The notes under the pieces were generated by a model. The model saw nothing but the letters and a program-made list of their open reading frames with translations. It was not told where the DNA came from and made no database searches. A stretch of DNA of 62,294 bases, counting the filler, from Trypethelium eluteriae (taxonomy: Eukaryota): NCBI GenBank assembly GCA_051942245.1. It is 3 parts of 3 records of this genome, joined end to end, with 100 filler letters (N's around TTAATTAATTAA, not from the genome) between each part and the next. Parts side by side here need not be neighbours in the genome. Positions count along the whole stretch, not along the records: positions 1 to 20,713 come from JAVECL010000489.1; 2 more parts are not named here. The stretch is one strand, 5' to 3'. Position 1 is the stretch's first letter; each line of letters opens with the position of its first letter. The translations under genes and the position numbers were made by a program. This document shows positions 1 through 12,551 of the stretch, in pieces.

Positions 1-649
1 GGGGCTTACCTGTCACATAGCCCAAGCTGGTGGGGTCGACGCGGATGTCGACGCCGTCGAGCCAGGTCTGTCCGTGCTGGCCGAAGATGAAGTCGGTGTT
101 GCCGCTGATGTAGGACTTGGCGAAGAGGGAGTAGCCCGTCTCGGCCATGACAGTGTCTTGGTAGCCCGTGAACTTGCAGCCGTAGAAACCCTGGTTGCCG
201 GCGTTGGAGCTCAGCGCGAGCGCCTGTGAGCCCGAGCCGTAGCTGTTGGCTAGGTTGACGTTGTAGAGTTTGAAGCCGGCGCTCGTCTCGGCTCGAAGGG
301 TGCCGGTACCGTCATCGGTGAGGCCGGAGGCTTGGGAGGCACCGTTGGTGATGGTTACGGAGTTGGAAGTGTAGGAGCTGGTGTCGGTGGTGGAGCCGTA
401 GATGGTGAGGAGACCCTTCAGGGCAGGGATCGCGACCTGTTCGGAGTAGGTCCCGGGGTAGATGAAGATGGACTGTGCCGAGGTTGATGAAGTGCTGAGA
501 GCCTTGACAGCAGCAGAGACGGTCTTGTATTGACCACTTGATGCGTTGGAGTTCACAACAAGAGCTCCAGCAGGAGGAGACGTACGGCTGGTGGCAGATG
601 CGAGAGAGGCACTGAGGATGATGCCTCGGAGATAGGATATGACTTTCAT
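1..649 (-). CDS. Secreted pectinesterase (pectin methylesterase, CE8); 3' part lies outside the window
   Basis: Manual translation from ATG 649 gives a signal peptide (MKVISYLRGIILSASLASA) and the CE8 motifs IYPGTYSEQV, QALAL, GYQDT and DFIFG. The exon ends at 10 with a GTAAG donor. Absent from the ORF track because it has no stop inside the window. Confidence 0.93.
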   Translation of the reverse strand, partial: MKVISYLRGIILSASLASATSRTSPPAGALVVNSNASSGQYKTVSAAVKALSTSSTSAQSIFIYPGTYSEQVAIPALKGLLTIYGSTTDTSSYTSNSVTITNGASQASGLTDDGTGTLRAETSAGFKLYNVNLANSYGSGSQALALSSNAGNQGFYGCKFTGYQDTVMAETGYSLFAKSYISGNTDFIFGQHGQTWLDGVDIRVDPTSLGYVTGKP

Positions 650-1423
650 GACGAGAAACGAGGAGGTTGGATTATGTACAGAAACGAATGGACAGAGAAG
701 TGAAACTCAAAGGATAGGTAAGAGAAGGGAAAGATGAACTTTAGAAGCAGACCGTAGAGCATCAAGAAGTCAAATACTGACGATGAACATGGGTATATAC
801 ATGTTTCTCCGCACAGGCGCCGCAGCATTGGATTAAAGATATGCTACCACTGCATGAAACCGAGACTAGATCAGCGAAGAAGGCCTCAAGAATTCGTGAT
901 ACATGGAAAATTGAGCAAGTGATTAAGGATCTTCGCGGGACTCTCCAAAGCTTCTCCCTATTGGCGCAAGAATGTTTAATTTCAGGGACCCCCACTACGG
1001 GCTAAAGTTGAAACGACGAGGATTCCGCTTAAATGACCCGAACCCTACTATCCCCAGTCACTGACCCTGGCATTCATGACCTAAGCAGAAGACTCCTTGT
1101 TATCTGTTTACATGGCATGTCTCGAAGCAAAATTCATCGAAAATATCTCTGGTCGTTAGGTGGGTATACATATCAGCTAATCTCTCTCACACACGTGGTT
1201 AGAGTTTCTCCCTTCATGCCACCACAGATGAGGGGTGGGCTTTTCCCGCCTCTCTCCGTCTTCCACTCTAAGAAATCATAAGTCGCTAGCGACCACCGCT
1301 ACTCCGTCGAGAGAAGACCCAGCTCGTGCCTGCGCCTTATACAATTTGTGTCAATTCTCACAGTCCCGCAATGCACTTCTTTGCGTCGAAGTACTCTTGG
1401 GCCCAAAGGAAGCCAAGGCACAT

Positions 1424-2119
1424 TTATTTGCATACCTCCAATTCGATGTAGTTGGAGGCTGGTACGACGAGGCTCGGGCTGAAAGCTCGAGAGATCGAGT
1501 TCTCCAATACTGGCTTGTTCCTGAAATCCTCCTTGCGCCCCCAACTCCACCATTCGAGTGACTCGCCAAGGAACCTATATGCATATCTCTTGCCCAGCTC
1601 AAAGTCTTCTACGAAATCCTCGTCCGGGTATAGACTCAGACTTTGACTATAGCTTTCTCCAGGCTTCAACTCCACAAATTCCGTATCTTGCACCACGTTG
1701 ACTGCATCTTTTGGACCGGGCTCGAAATACGGAGGGCCCTTGCCGGCGTCGTAGTTTTCAATAAAATGGTAACCGTCCTCTTCGATGCGGAAAAGAGCGA
1801 AGCTGATTCCGTCGGTACCCCAGTCGATGATAGGGTCTTTGAATGTGATGGGTTGAGACGAGGTGCCGGGGTTGTATGTAAGCGTGACGTTAACATCCTA
1901 GCTACCGCTACTGAGGGAGAGCCTGGGCTTTGCTTCGAGGCTCATGGTGATATCAGCGGTTCCGGGTCTGCCTGTTGTATTAGTGAAAGAGTAGAGGAAG
2001 TGGAGAAGAAGAAAGAGGCCGCAAGCAGATTGCACTCACTTCCGTGTTGTTATAGGATCGAAAGGCGGTGGTCGCGCAAATTTGGGCTCCATTTTGATAG
2101 AATTGTGATGGACTGACAT
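1424..2119 (-). pseudogene. Fungal hypothetical-protein gene interrupted by an in-frame TAG
   Basis: Exon 1 is 2040-2119 (alternative ATG about 2092) with a GTGAGT donor at 2039, a CTAAT branch and a CAG acceptor near 1968. The frame reads KPGTADITMSLEAKPRLSLSSGS*DVNVTLTY...FVELKPGESY...WWSWG...LVVPASNYIEL. The TAG at 1898-1900 is in frame with ORF 1424-1696. Confidence 0.6.
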
Positions 2120-3583
2120 TCCTAGCATGAAAGTCGTAGGTAGATGCTGGGGTTCGGGAGGATTTAGTGATCGTCGGCCCGGCAGGAGGGTGCAGGTGAG
2201 CTGCTGCTTCGCACGTACCCTGCCCTATTCCATACCTTATCGTACCTAAGGTACGTCAGACCTTGCAAACCTGATCGCTTTTATTAGGTAGTAAGCACAA
2301 ACACCGAAAGTGCACTTTTCGCCACAATCCACGTGCCATCCAATCTCGACCCAGTTAGAAATGTTTGGTAATTCCATCCGTCTAAGTAAATGATATCAGA
2401 GAGTGGATATTTGATCACGAAAGACCCAAGACTCATGACTCGAGACTCAAGGTTCAAAGCTTGGAATATTGAGACCTGTTTGATAAGTACCTTGTGCTAT
2501 TTAAAAATGGTCTAACATTTCTTGACGGATGTTTTCGCGCTTCCATTCTTGAGTACAGTTCTCTGCGTCGATGTTACATTTTCGCGGTACAGGGGACGGA
2601 TGTCCTCCGTGACGTACTGGCTGCACAGCGCTCGCCTGGACCAGAAATCCGAATAATAGCAATGCGGCTACTGAGATCAGTGTAACCCAGTCAGCTATGG
2701 AGTCAGAGTAAAGTTTGGAATGGGCAGTGTTCTGGGTCAATTCATCAGAATTCGTCTGCCACGGAGATCGAAGAGTGGTCTTGGTCTAAGGGCGCTTCTG
2801 TTCTGCTTGTCTGAATATCCAAAACTTCTGAACGTCTGCTGAGGGTGGTCTGGCTGTATTTCACCGGAATTTGAAACCCATCATCTCTGTCACAGAGTTT
2901 GCACAGTGGTCTGGAGGTCCTTCTGTCCGAAAAAGGGAAGAGACGAGGAAAGGCGAACTCTGCTACGCCGAGCGCAAAGTAGCTGAGAGCTGCCGCAATT
3001 GTGGTACTTTGGTTTCAAGGAAACATAATCTCTAGCGGAGAAGATGATGTATGGATTGACCTAGGAACTGCGATGACCCTATACAATAAATCGAAGTCTC
3101 ACAGGATGGCGGGACAGGATAAGAAGACCTTCACAATTACCTGGAGTACCCTGATTGAAGGTGGAACAATCATAGAACGCAGAGACCAACAACATCTTGT
3201 AAAGGCATACATCGGTACGTGATGTACCGCAAGTCTAACGATCGGCACGTTGGTGTACTTGACGAATGAATATTGGACGGCATACGTGGACCTAATTAGA
3301 CGAATCTCTAACTGTTAGGCTTCGTAGAGACGAGAGACTGCAGATGTTGGCGAGCTGGCGCGTTTTGATTCGGTACAGTATGGATGATAACAATCACGAA
3401 TCTGTCACAACTACACGGGGAAGATAAGAACCCGCCTGGATCGAACCTCCTAACGCGTATATTAGGTTGATGGATGGAAAAGACACTCTTCGTACGCACC
3501 AACACATCTCACATGGAGCAACGATACCACCACAGACTCCCATCTAAGCGGCAGACGACTGTCATTAGACATACTACTCCACT

Positions 3584-4071
3584 TCAGTGTCTCCACCTAT
3601 TCGGAAGTCATCAGAACCCGTACAATTTCCGAGCCATTTCCGCCCACGGTTGGCACAAAACACCTAACAGGGGAAATACACTGACCATTCTTTCATATCG
3701 CCAACCGCTGCATTGGCTGCGTCTGCGCCCAAGGTAGCGCCAAAACCCCACATAGCCGCTTGTAGAACCTGCCCACCATACATGCGTAGCTGGAATCTGG
3801 GTCAGTATTGACTGATTCGTAGAGCCATGATGGTAACTAGTAGACAGAGTTCTCCTCGTGCTAGGTATACCCGTTGAACATGCAGAAACAAGAAAATCTT
3901 TGTATTGCTTTGTGTGAAGATGAGATAACTTTAGCGCGGAACTGATGGCTAGAAACTCACGTAGTGATGCGATTGGTGGTTCTGATAGCCCTGGTGGAAA
4001 AGACCACGATCTTGATGAGGAGTCTCGCTATCTGAGGGCGGTGTAGGGAAATTGGGATGTTGAACAGACAT
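3584..4071 (-). CDS. 75-aa three-exon microprotein with a Gly/Ala-rich hydrophobic C-terminal helix
   Basis: Exons 3961-4071, 3686-3789 and 3584-3596. Donors are GTGAGT and GTCAGT, branches CTGAC and CTGAT, acceptors CAG and TAG. Product: MSVQHPNFPTPPSDSETPHQDRGLFHQGYQNHQSHHYLRMYGGQVLQAAMWGFGATLGADAANAAVGDMKEWWRH*. Confidence 0.7.
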
Positions 4072-4484
4072 GCTGCAAGGGATATACTCGCAGAGTACAG
4101 GACGATAGAGATGGGAGCGTGGAGATAGGAGAACAATTGTGTAGAAAGCCTTGGTGAAGATCTTGCTTGAGAGCAACAGGATAATCTGCCCCGCCATGCC
4201 GTGATGTCATGTTGCGAGATAAGCGTGGGCCAAAAATACTTACACTGCCTCTACCCCGTGCGAAGGCAGAAGTGCCTTTCAGCTTTTTCTTCTAATATGT
4301 CGGTAAGTCAACAAGCTTTCCCAAGTCAAACACACCACTGTTCAGAGGTTCTGTGGACGTGGCAAAGTTGTAGATAGAAGCGGCCGGCCGCACCTCTTGT
4401 CATACAGAGCTCCGTGACCAAGTGGCATTCAGGAGAACCTCATTTGTCTACTTCGCAACACGTGCGAAATCCATTGTCGAGGTA

Positions 4485-5471
4485 TCAGACCTTTGCTACA
4501 CTCCCACAGACCTGCATCTGCCATTCGATACGCTCCTGCATTACACAAGTGGCTTCCTCCATGAACTTGGTTGTTGGGATCTTGCCACCTTTCTCGCGAA
4601 GAAGCTCAGCGTATGGTCTCGCTATGAGTTTGTTGACATTTATCTTCGAAACACCGTGCTCGATACATCGTTGTATTGTTTCCGGAGGCACAGCTGTCGT
4701 GCCATGTAATACCAATCGAACACGTCCTCTTGCCTCCTGACGGATTGATTCGAGCCTGAAGATATCAAATATGAGTATCCAGGCTTTCTCCCGTAACGAC
4801 AAAAGCAAGACTCCGCTAGACTCACCTATCGAATTCTAGCTGCACCCCCCTCGGACCATACTCTCCGTGGACATTTCCAAAAGCAGGCGCTAAGAAGTCG
4901 ATTCCCGTGCGCACAAACTCCTCCACTTCTTCGGGTGTGGTCATCATGCCTGTCAAGTCTTCCGTCCCCTTCAGCCCATCCTCTCCACCTTCGATCCGTC
5001 CCGGCTCTGCCTCAACCGCAATGCCGCGCTCGTGACAGTAAGTCGTCAACTCCTTGGTCAATCGTAAATTTTCTGCTTTTTCGTAGTGTGACATGTCCAC
5101 CATGATACTGTCGAAACCCCTCTCTGGGCCAAGGTCGGCAGCGAAGCGAATATCCTCCGGCGATGCGGCGTGATCGAGATGCAATGCGATTGGGACGGAG
5201 GCCGAATGCGCGACAGATGCTGCGAAGGCGATGAGGTGGGAGGAAGCATAACGAATAGCCCAGGGAAATAGCAGGATCATAGCGGGAGATCGCTGTGCTT
5301 CTGCCGCGCGAGCGACCGCGAGGATTGCTTCGATGTTGTAGCAGACGACCGAGACGATGCCATAGCGACCCTTTTCTGCGGCTTCAAGGCTGGAAATCGG
5401 GAGTCAGTAGGGCCATTGGACTGCTCAGGGAGTTGGAATAACATCTTGATGCTTCTATTATTACTGAGCAT
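4485..5471 (-). CDS. Class II ketose-bisphosphate (fructose/tagatose-bisphosphate) aldolase
   Basis: Spliced product MLSNNRSIKILEAAEKGRYG...; motifs ALHLDH, SIMVDMS, VEAEPGRIEGGEDG, APAFGNVHG, LVLHG and KINVN. Introns at about 5391-5442 and 4756-4825. Confidence 0.92.
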
Positions 5472-8400
5472 TTTCCTCAGCGCAATCTAAGTGATAGGAT
5501 GGAAGCATTTTGAACTTGGAGGACATATTAGCTGCGGCGACGTCATAGGACCATAACCTCGGCTAACTTGCCTTTTCTTGGATTTTCCTTGCCTTAAGTT
5601 GTGTCGCATGAGTTGAGACTCTCAGTGCTTCGCTGATTAGACAAAGACGGCATGAGTTACGGAGTAAAGTGTCTCGCAGATGCGTGAATAAGGCCTACCA
5701 TGCCGGAATCAAGCTCGCTGGATGCGCCCTCGTGACGCCCCGTGAATCAACGAAATGACCAATTGAAAAATAAAAGTCGGTAGCCGTGCGCAAGTGGCTG
5801 GATAGGTAGGGCTGCTACATCGAGTAGGATTCTACGACTCTTCGAATTCAGGAGATATCGGGAGGCGGACTTCTAAGTCCATCGACCTTCTGGCAAAGCC
5901 TTCTATGCCTTCACCCCTTGATGATCCTCCCCGCTATTCTGTTTCAGAACATGCATGGAAGAGGTGATTTGATCAGGGTTTCTTCCTTGACCAACTGAGT
6001 GTTGCCTGCCGTCGGCCGATACAGAAATCAGGCGAGGCAGTCCAAACTGTTTGAGTGCGACACCTCATCAATTCCAGTCGACGTTCGCAAATGGATACGA
6101 GCTCCTCCATCGTGTCCTCTTTGGACGCCTCCATTGCCATTCTCCCGGTGATCTTTGTGACCGAGCTCTGCCACCGTTGCCGACCCTATGCATCGTAGAT
6201 GACTTGTGCATGCGGCGCAGTTCAACTTCGGACTTGGCGAACCTCCGCATTTTGAAGAGTGGCAAGCAAGAATGGAGGCACAGACGGGGATTCAGACAGG
6301 GCATTTTGATCCTTGATCCTTTAGCTATTACGACGCTACGAAAACCCTGGCTAAGAGTCGGAGTAGCTGTCCAAGGTCTTGGAGAAAGATGGCTGAGTTT
6401 GGCCGCAGATGAAATTAGGAGGCAGAGAATTCGAAATCACCTACACAATGGAGAATATATTGTAGAAACCAGACAGATCGGTCCAGATGAGCTCCGATAT
6501 CGAGATGATGGAAGCAATAAGGAAACGTGAAATGATACTACATCCACCAACAAGATCGAGTTCCTAAGGAACGCTATTTGATCAATGATGAGTGATGGGC
6601 ACAGTTTAGGATTACCAACCTTAGAAAATGTCCCTTAAAATGCAGGGATGGTTGAAGGCACGCTGTTAGGTAAGACTTGAAACTTGTTTGACCCACATCA
6701 TCTTGACCGCGAGCTCATCCTAGAAGCGGAGCTCGAATTCTTGCGACTGACAATAAGAATGCTGTGCCGTTGACGTATCAGAAAAGAACGTAGCTTCTAA
6801 TAGGCCGACTAAGATGCGACTAGTGGTTTGCCGAACGCATGGTCTAGTGCATGCAATGTGATTGCTCGTCGACCGAGCCGTGTTGAAGCTAGTAGTTTCG
6901 TGGCCAACCAAGGCACTTATTGTATAGAGCTATAGCTGTGCCCCAAAGCTTCGGGCGTGTACCTGATTCCGGACGGAAGACGGATGACCCGCAGGTGTAA
7001 GATTCATAAAACTTGATGGCGTGAATGGCGGGAATGGCGTGAATCTGTAACCGATCTCTATCGTACGGCGTCCAGTCTGGTACTGTATGTAAGTGCCATC
7101 GGGATCGGGGCAAATGATTATTTATCCCTTCACCCCTTGTCCGCAGTTGTCAAAAAGCAATGTGCAGATCCCAATCCCCTCGCTATCACGGAATGCTAGA
7201 TAGCGGAAGGACACGGCACCACGGGGTTCTAGAGGCGTGCCTCGAACCGTACCCCTGTTGGAGATTATCCACGTTTTCCGCATAGAACTTATTGCGGGGC
7301 GGAAGTAGCGGGTCGGTTTCATCCTTATAAGGCTCGTTCAACAGATTTCTCACCGGTTAGGTACCCTTGATCAGGGATTCAGACCGGGCTGCTGGATTCG
7401 AGCGAAGAGCGAGATCGTGCACCATATGCGAGCGGAACATGCGGCGCACAACGGCCCTTGAAGCCACGGCTTCCAGGCTACGTGATCGAAACTACAAGCA
7501 CGGCCTGTTTTGACGTCCGCGGATGGTCTGATCCTCGAAAGGACTAGTCAACTAGTTGAAGGAGTCGGCGCAAGGCTGACAGACGGTCGATAAGGTGTTG
7601 AACTAAGCGTCCGTGCAGCCACGCGTACTCGATTCCCGCTCTGTACCATCGATCAGTAGGGGCTACCAAAGCAGACACCATCTTCATATGCGGGGGGCCA
7701 GCCAGGCTCGACTCTTCCGGTCTCTTGAGGCAATTTCGCGATTCTTGTTTTCAATTTTGCGAGGCTGCTCAGCTCTGCCGCACTGTGGATAGGACCCCCA
7801 CTGAAGTAACCGGTGATGAGTTGGGTCCCTTGCCTACTACCAACTAGCTTCGCGCTCAGTGTTTTCCGGGGCTGCGAGCTCGCGAAATGGTGCGGCGCAA
7901 CCGGCGGCGCTGTCGTGAGGACACGGAGGTTAGTAAACACCGGTTAGCCCCTGTCGTTAAAGTGGCAATCCTAGCGGTCAGGCGGGAAACATCCGGTTCC
8001 TTGGATCTGGGCGGAAGCGAAAGCCGTACAGGACCTACGTATACCCAATATGGGGATAAGGTGATGGTGGCCGTTGTGTAGGGCGTAACAAGCCCTTGCT
8101 CAAGGCTGAGAAGCCGCGAATCTCGTCTTTGAGACCAATTGTGTATGCTCCTTGATAATTGTCCTGTGCCGACATCCCGTGTCCGGAATTGCCCGGCGCC
8201 CGCTCAATACGGAGTACTTGTGTCTGTTGAATCATTATCTTGAAGTCGTGTTACTGCACGCGAATTGACTTCTGCCTTGAGCAAGATACAGTAAGGTAGG
8301 TACCTTTGGCCAAGTGCATTGGTCATCCGGACTGCAGATGGCAGTGATGGAGGCGTACGTCACATCAATAGTCGAGTCGGTCTGCATCCATGCGCAAAAC

Positions 8401-11400
8401 AATGCAACGGTAGTGGCTCGGTGTGCCTGACCCTGCTGGCTCGAGGCGTCCACAAAAACCCTTGGCTTTCTTGTGCACTCGATACAAAATCGCCAGTGTG
8501 CAGGACTGCGGTGACTGGGGCGGCAGAATTCGTCCGAGCCCCAAAGCCAGCGAGGTGTGCTGATAACAGAGGCGTCCGGTGGTTGGCAGAGCCGGCAGCG
8601 GTTGCATCTCAGGAAATGAACGAGACCCATGCCCAGAACCGGAGTGGCACCTTGTTGCGAGATCATGATCCGCACGTCCGCCCTTGGGCGGCTCTTGGCT
8701 GCACCTTCTGCAGCTGCTGCACACCTCCCATGCAGTCAGGAGTCATCCATAGGGCTAGTCGCGTGGCAGCTCTTCAGCTTCAGCCCTACGTGTCACGACC
8801 AAAGCGGGGGAAGGATGTCTGCAGTGTTCGCTGCATTCACGCTTTCGGGTAGCTGCGTGCATCATCGCCTGGCTCACCGTTTAATTTTCATACACTGGAG
8901 ATGGTGGGCATAGGGATGCAGCGGTCAGGGCCGCTGGTCGATGGGTCTCGCAAACATGCCCCTGCACCTGCATTGAGGCGGCTGGGTCAACTTTGCAATG
9001 CATCCTGAGGCTCGTTCCAATCAAGCTTCTGCTCTCCTGTCTGGGCGATGCTCGAACAAGACTCACCGTGGCGATCCCCCTTCGAACGCGGACTTTTGAT
9101 ATGACCGATACGGCCGAGTTTCGCTCCGTAGCCTGCAACCATCGCACAAAAAGTCGCCGTGCAGGGTTTGATTATGTGATGACTTTCTGGGCGATGATGA
9201 TATTGCAGGACAGCCGGCGATGCCGCCAGTTGTGCGGCCAAGCATTATTGCACGAGGGAGACACGATAGCACCACTCGTTCAGGTAGGATACGAGCGTTG
9301 AGTCGCCGCCTTAAGCGCTGTTACCGATGACGTTGCGCTCATTGCAATCTCGTTTGGCCAAACCGAGCGTGGGTGGGGTAGTCGTTGGTGTGGGAATAAT
9401 TATGAGCGGGCAGTCTTGGAGGCTCAATGTTCAGGAAATTTACCTGATTAGGCAATGTTCAAGGGCTAAAGACAGCAACTAATTAACCATCTTGCTACCA
9501 CTGATTCAGGCTCCCTCAGCTCATTGCCCATTTTCATGCGGGACGCGTCCCTGGGCTATAGCAGACTTGGCGGTTGTGAATATATTCGCTCGCGGACATA
9601 TTATCCTTGCTTTGGGCTTCGCAACGAATACCTCGTATTGGTATTTGAAGGCCAACACCGAACTAGGCCTGAAGTGACCATATCCCTGTCGCAGCTAGGA
9701 ACGCCTCAAGTAAATCCACTTCCAGTGGCTGTGTAGATCTCTCACAGAATTAAGTTAGTCGTGACTGACTGTAAGACATTGCACGTGTCGTCCGTTAGGC
9801 TTGAGTAATCATGGATGAATATTGCTGCGCTGATAAAGATCAGTACACTCAATGAAATTGAAATCATGGCTCTCGGGCAGATTCTGAGAGGTTACGCTAG
9901 GGTCTCATAATCACTGATCATTTTGACAAATGCTTCAAATCAAAGGGCCGGCCAACGATGCACGTGAATCGATCCCAATGGCATGACAATTTATGCAAGC
10001 TTTGAAACGGCGTGCGGAACTGCCCGTGAGTAAAGCTTCGAGGATTAGATGTAGAAGGAGTCCTCCGTGCACCTGCATTAGGTATTCTTCCGCACATGCT
10101 TCGATGTTCGAGTAGCGTGTTGCCACACCGTTGTTCGAATTACTCCAGTGCTCTGGCGGAGTACACGTGCGAATCCTTGCTTTCCCAAGAATAACGTTAG
10201 CGGGCTCTAGGTTCCTCCGGCCTTCGCGGGGTATCCGTGCGCCTGAATTCGGCTGGCTGAGTGCTCTTTTTGGAGAGTGGCTATCCTCGTACCCAGTTGA
10301 GCTACTCCTCCTAGTAGATAACGGCGCAGTAAACTGCCAAAAGATCAGGACTGGACGTGTTCGTTTGCGAAACGAGATCGTTAGTTTCACTATCATGGAG
10401 AGTAGGGAATCCCTGCCCTGAGACAAGGCAGTCTCTCCTCATTTGAAGAATAGTATCACTATATCAAAGAAGATACTTCATTAATAGGGATCGGCGAAAG
10501 ATACGTGTGCGAAGGACAAGACTAGTCTCAAACGTTAACATCAAGCATTGCCAAATTAGGCGTATCTCTCAGGCTAGCTGTGCCTCGTTCGCTCACCCAC
10601 GGCTCTAGCATACGCAGTTCCGTGGCTTTTACAGCATTTCGATGTGGGTTTGGTATTTAGTCCTCAAGTGCACTGTGCTCAATTGATCTGATGTCCCTTA
10701 TGGCCGCCTGAAGAGTCCACCGGCTGAACGATCGGAACTATATTCCGGAAAGGAAAGGCCAAGCATCTGCTAGCGATTGGTCACGTATCTGATGCCTTGA
10801 CAGGTTGTAAATTGCAGGGCGCTATCACTACATTCGGTGGTCTAAAATCCTTTCGAGGGCATTGCGGAATGCTGAGCCTTTTCTTCCGGAATGGTGAGGT
10901 TCGTATGCAATTTTGCGAGACGTCTTCAGTGGATACAACGTTGAGTGATGACTTCGTTCTAGAACAATTGGGGTAGTTTCGACAGGATCTTCTTCACCGA
11001 CAGAAGGTGCTGACTGTGTGTCGGCTGCCCCGAGCTGCTGGGTAGGCATGCGGGTGCTATAATGCAAGCCCTCGAGCGTTCCTTGTAGGGCTGGAGAGGT
11101 GAGGAAGGGGCACGGAAGTCAGTCAGACGGGAGGGAGTACCCTGAAAATCGCAGCTTCAGAAGCGGCTCCATAAGAATAGCCAAGATAGGCGCATTTAGC
11201 GGTCATTTTCAGGAATGTGCCGATCGGGCGAGTTGGAACACAAATTTAGAGATCTTGCCAAGCTCCTCAAATCGGTGCGGCCCAGCCCCCATCCTCGCAA
11301 CCGTGATATCTTTGCCGTAGGGCTTCGAGGGGGCGTTGGTTGGCGGTTTAGAGCGGCGGCTAGGTCGGAATCAGAAAACGCTCGCAGGCGCCGTTCAAAT

Positions 11401-12551
11401 TGACCAAGACTGCAGGCCAAGTGGGCGTGCGCAAGAGGGCCGGCACGGGTGACCGCCTTTCCCCAGTGAAGCTGCCACGTTCGCCATACACCAACGACTC
11501 GCTCGAGCGGTGAAAGTCGTCCTTCACCCTCAGCCTTGCCCACCTCGACCCGCCGCTAGGCGAGGGCCGTTTTACTCCTCTGCTCGTTATTTTTGTGCGA
11601 CGTGCCGTACCAGAACGTGCTTGCCCCTCAACGGGAGCAGTGGAAGGCGTTGATTTGGCACGCAGAGGCACCAGAGGGATGCCACCATCGACGCCGTATT
11701 GGCCCGCGAATCCGCCGACTGCGTCTCTGCGAAAGCCGCCCTGATGTGTTCGACGCCTGCTAGGGTGCAACTCAAATTGCGACCATGACAACTTTCCATC
11801 TCATCATGTCGACAACGCCAGCCTGGCAGCGGTGACAAATGGGTGGAAAGTTGACTAATCGAGCCTCCCAACCATTAACAATGACTGGATTCGAGGGTGG
11901 CAGAGAGCGCACACTGGGTGACTGGACCATACCGCCGCACCGCCTCTGCAGTTGACGTACCTATTCACCGTTATTCCGGTCAATGCACGGCGACGCAAGC
12001 CATTCCCACCGTGTGACTCTTCGGCGACAATTCCACGCCCGTGCAGGGATCGATGCGTGTTCTGCGAAGGCTTGCCTGAGCGGGCTAGTGGCCTTCAGCC
12101 CTGTCATGCCAAATAAAGGCTGCTGCGATACCGCTTTTGGGTGGTATTGCTAAGCTCGCATGGTAACACGCGCACGCCAAAAGGCGCTGGTCGGTTCCCA
12201 TCTAACCTACCGCCGATTCCAACCCCCGGCTACGCTCCGGAAGGGCGCAACAGGGATACGGTAGGGATGCGGCGGGCTTGCAGTACCCTGAGCATGGTAT
12301 CTAGACTAGCAGGGGTCCTCTATCCTCCCAGGTGGTGATGTTGCGGAGTTGTGACGGACGGTGCGGACGAGCTGATAAATAGCTGATGGGCAGTCCAGCT
12401 CTGAAGCCCATCTAGTTGGGACCTCAAATACTCCCTGATCCCTAGAACTCCGATCTTCTTCCTTTAAAGTACCCTCCAACTTTTCTTTTCCACATTGGAG
12501 ATCATCATTGCCTTACCTCATAAGGCTGCCTTGTTTACAGACTTAGCCAAC

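Noticed and set aside
2501..3222. Short ORFs with hydrophobic patches, plus an ATG-less minus-strand frame of about 95 codons
   Set aside because: No start or splice model and no recognisable motif.
5960..6530. Overlapping ORFs and a protein-like stretch (VTKITGRMAMEASKEDTMEELVSICERRLELM) on the minus strand
   Set aside because: Interrupted by stops, with no recognisable family or consistent splice model; it could be a relic but I cannot support it.
7016..7043. Three copies of a 9-mer (atggcgtga/atggcggga)
   Set aside because: Too short to separate from local slippage.
8235..10426. Several 90-180 aa ORFs on both strands
   Set aside because: Cys/Arg-rich random-looking composition, mutually overlapping and mostly non-ATG starts, as expected by chance.
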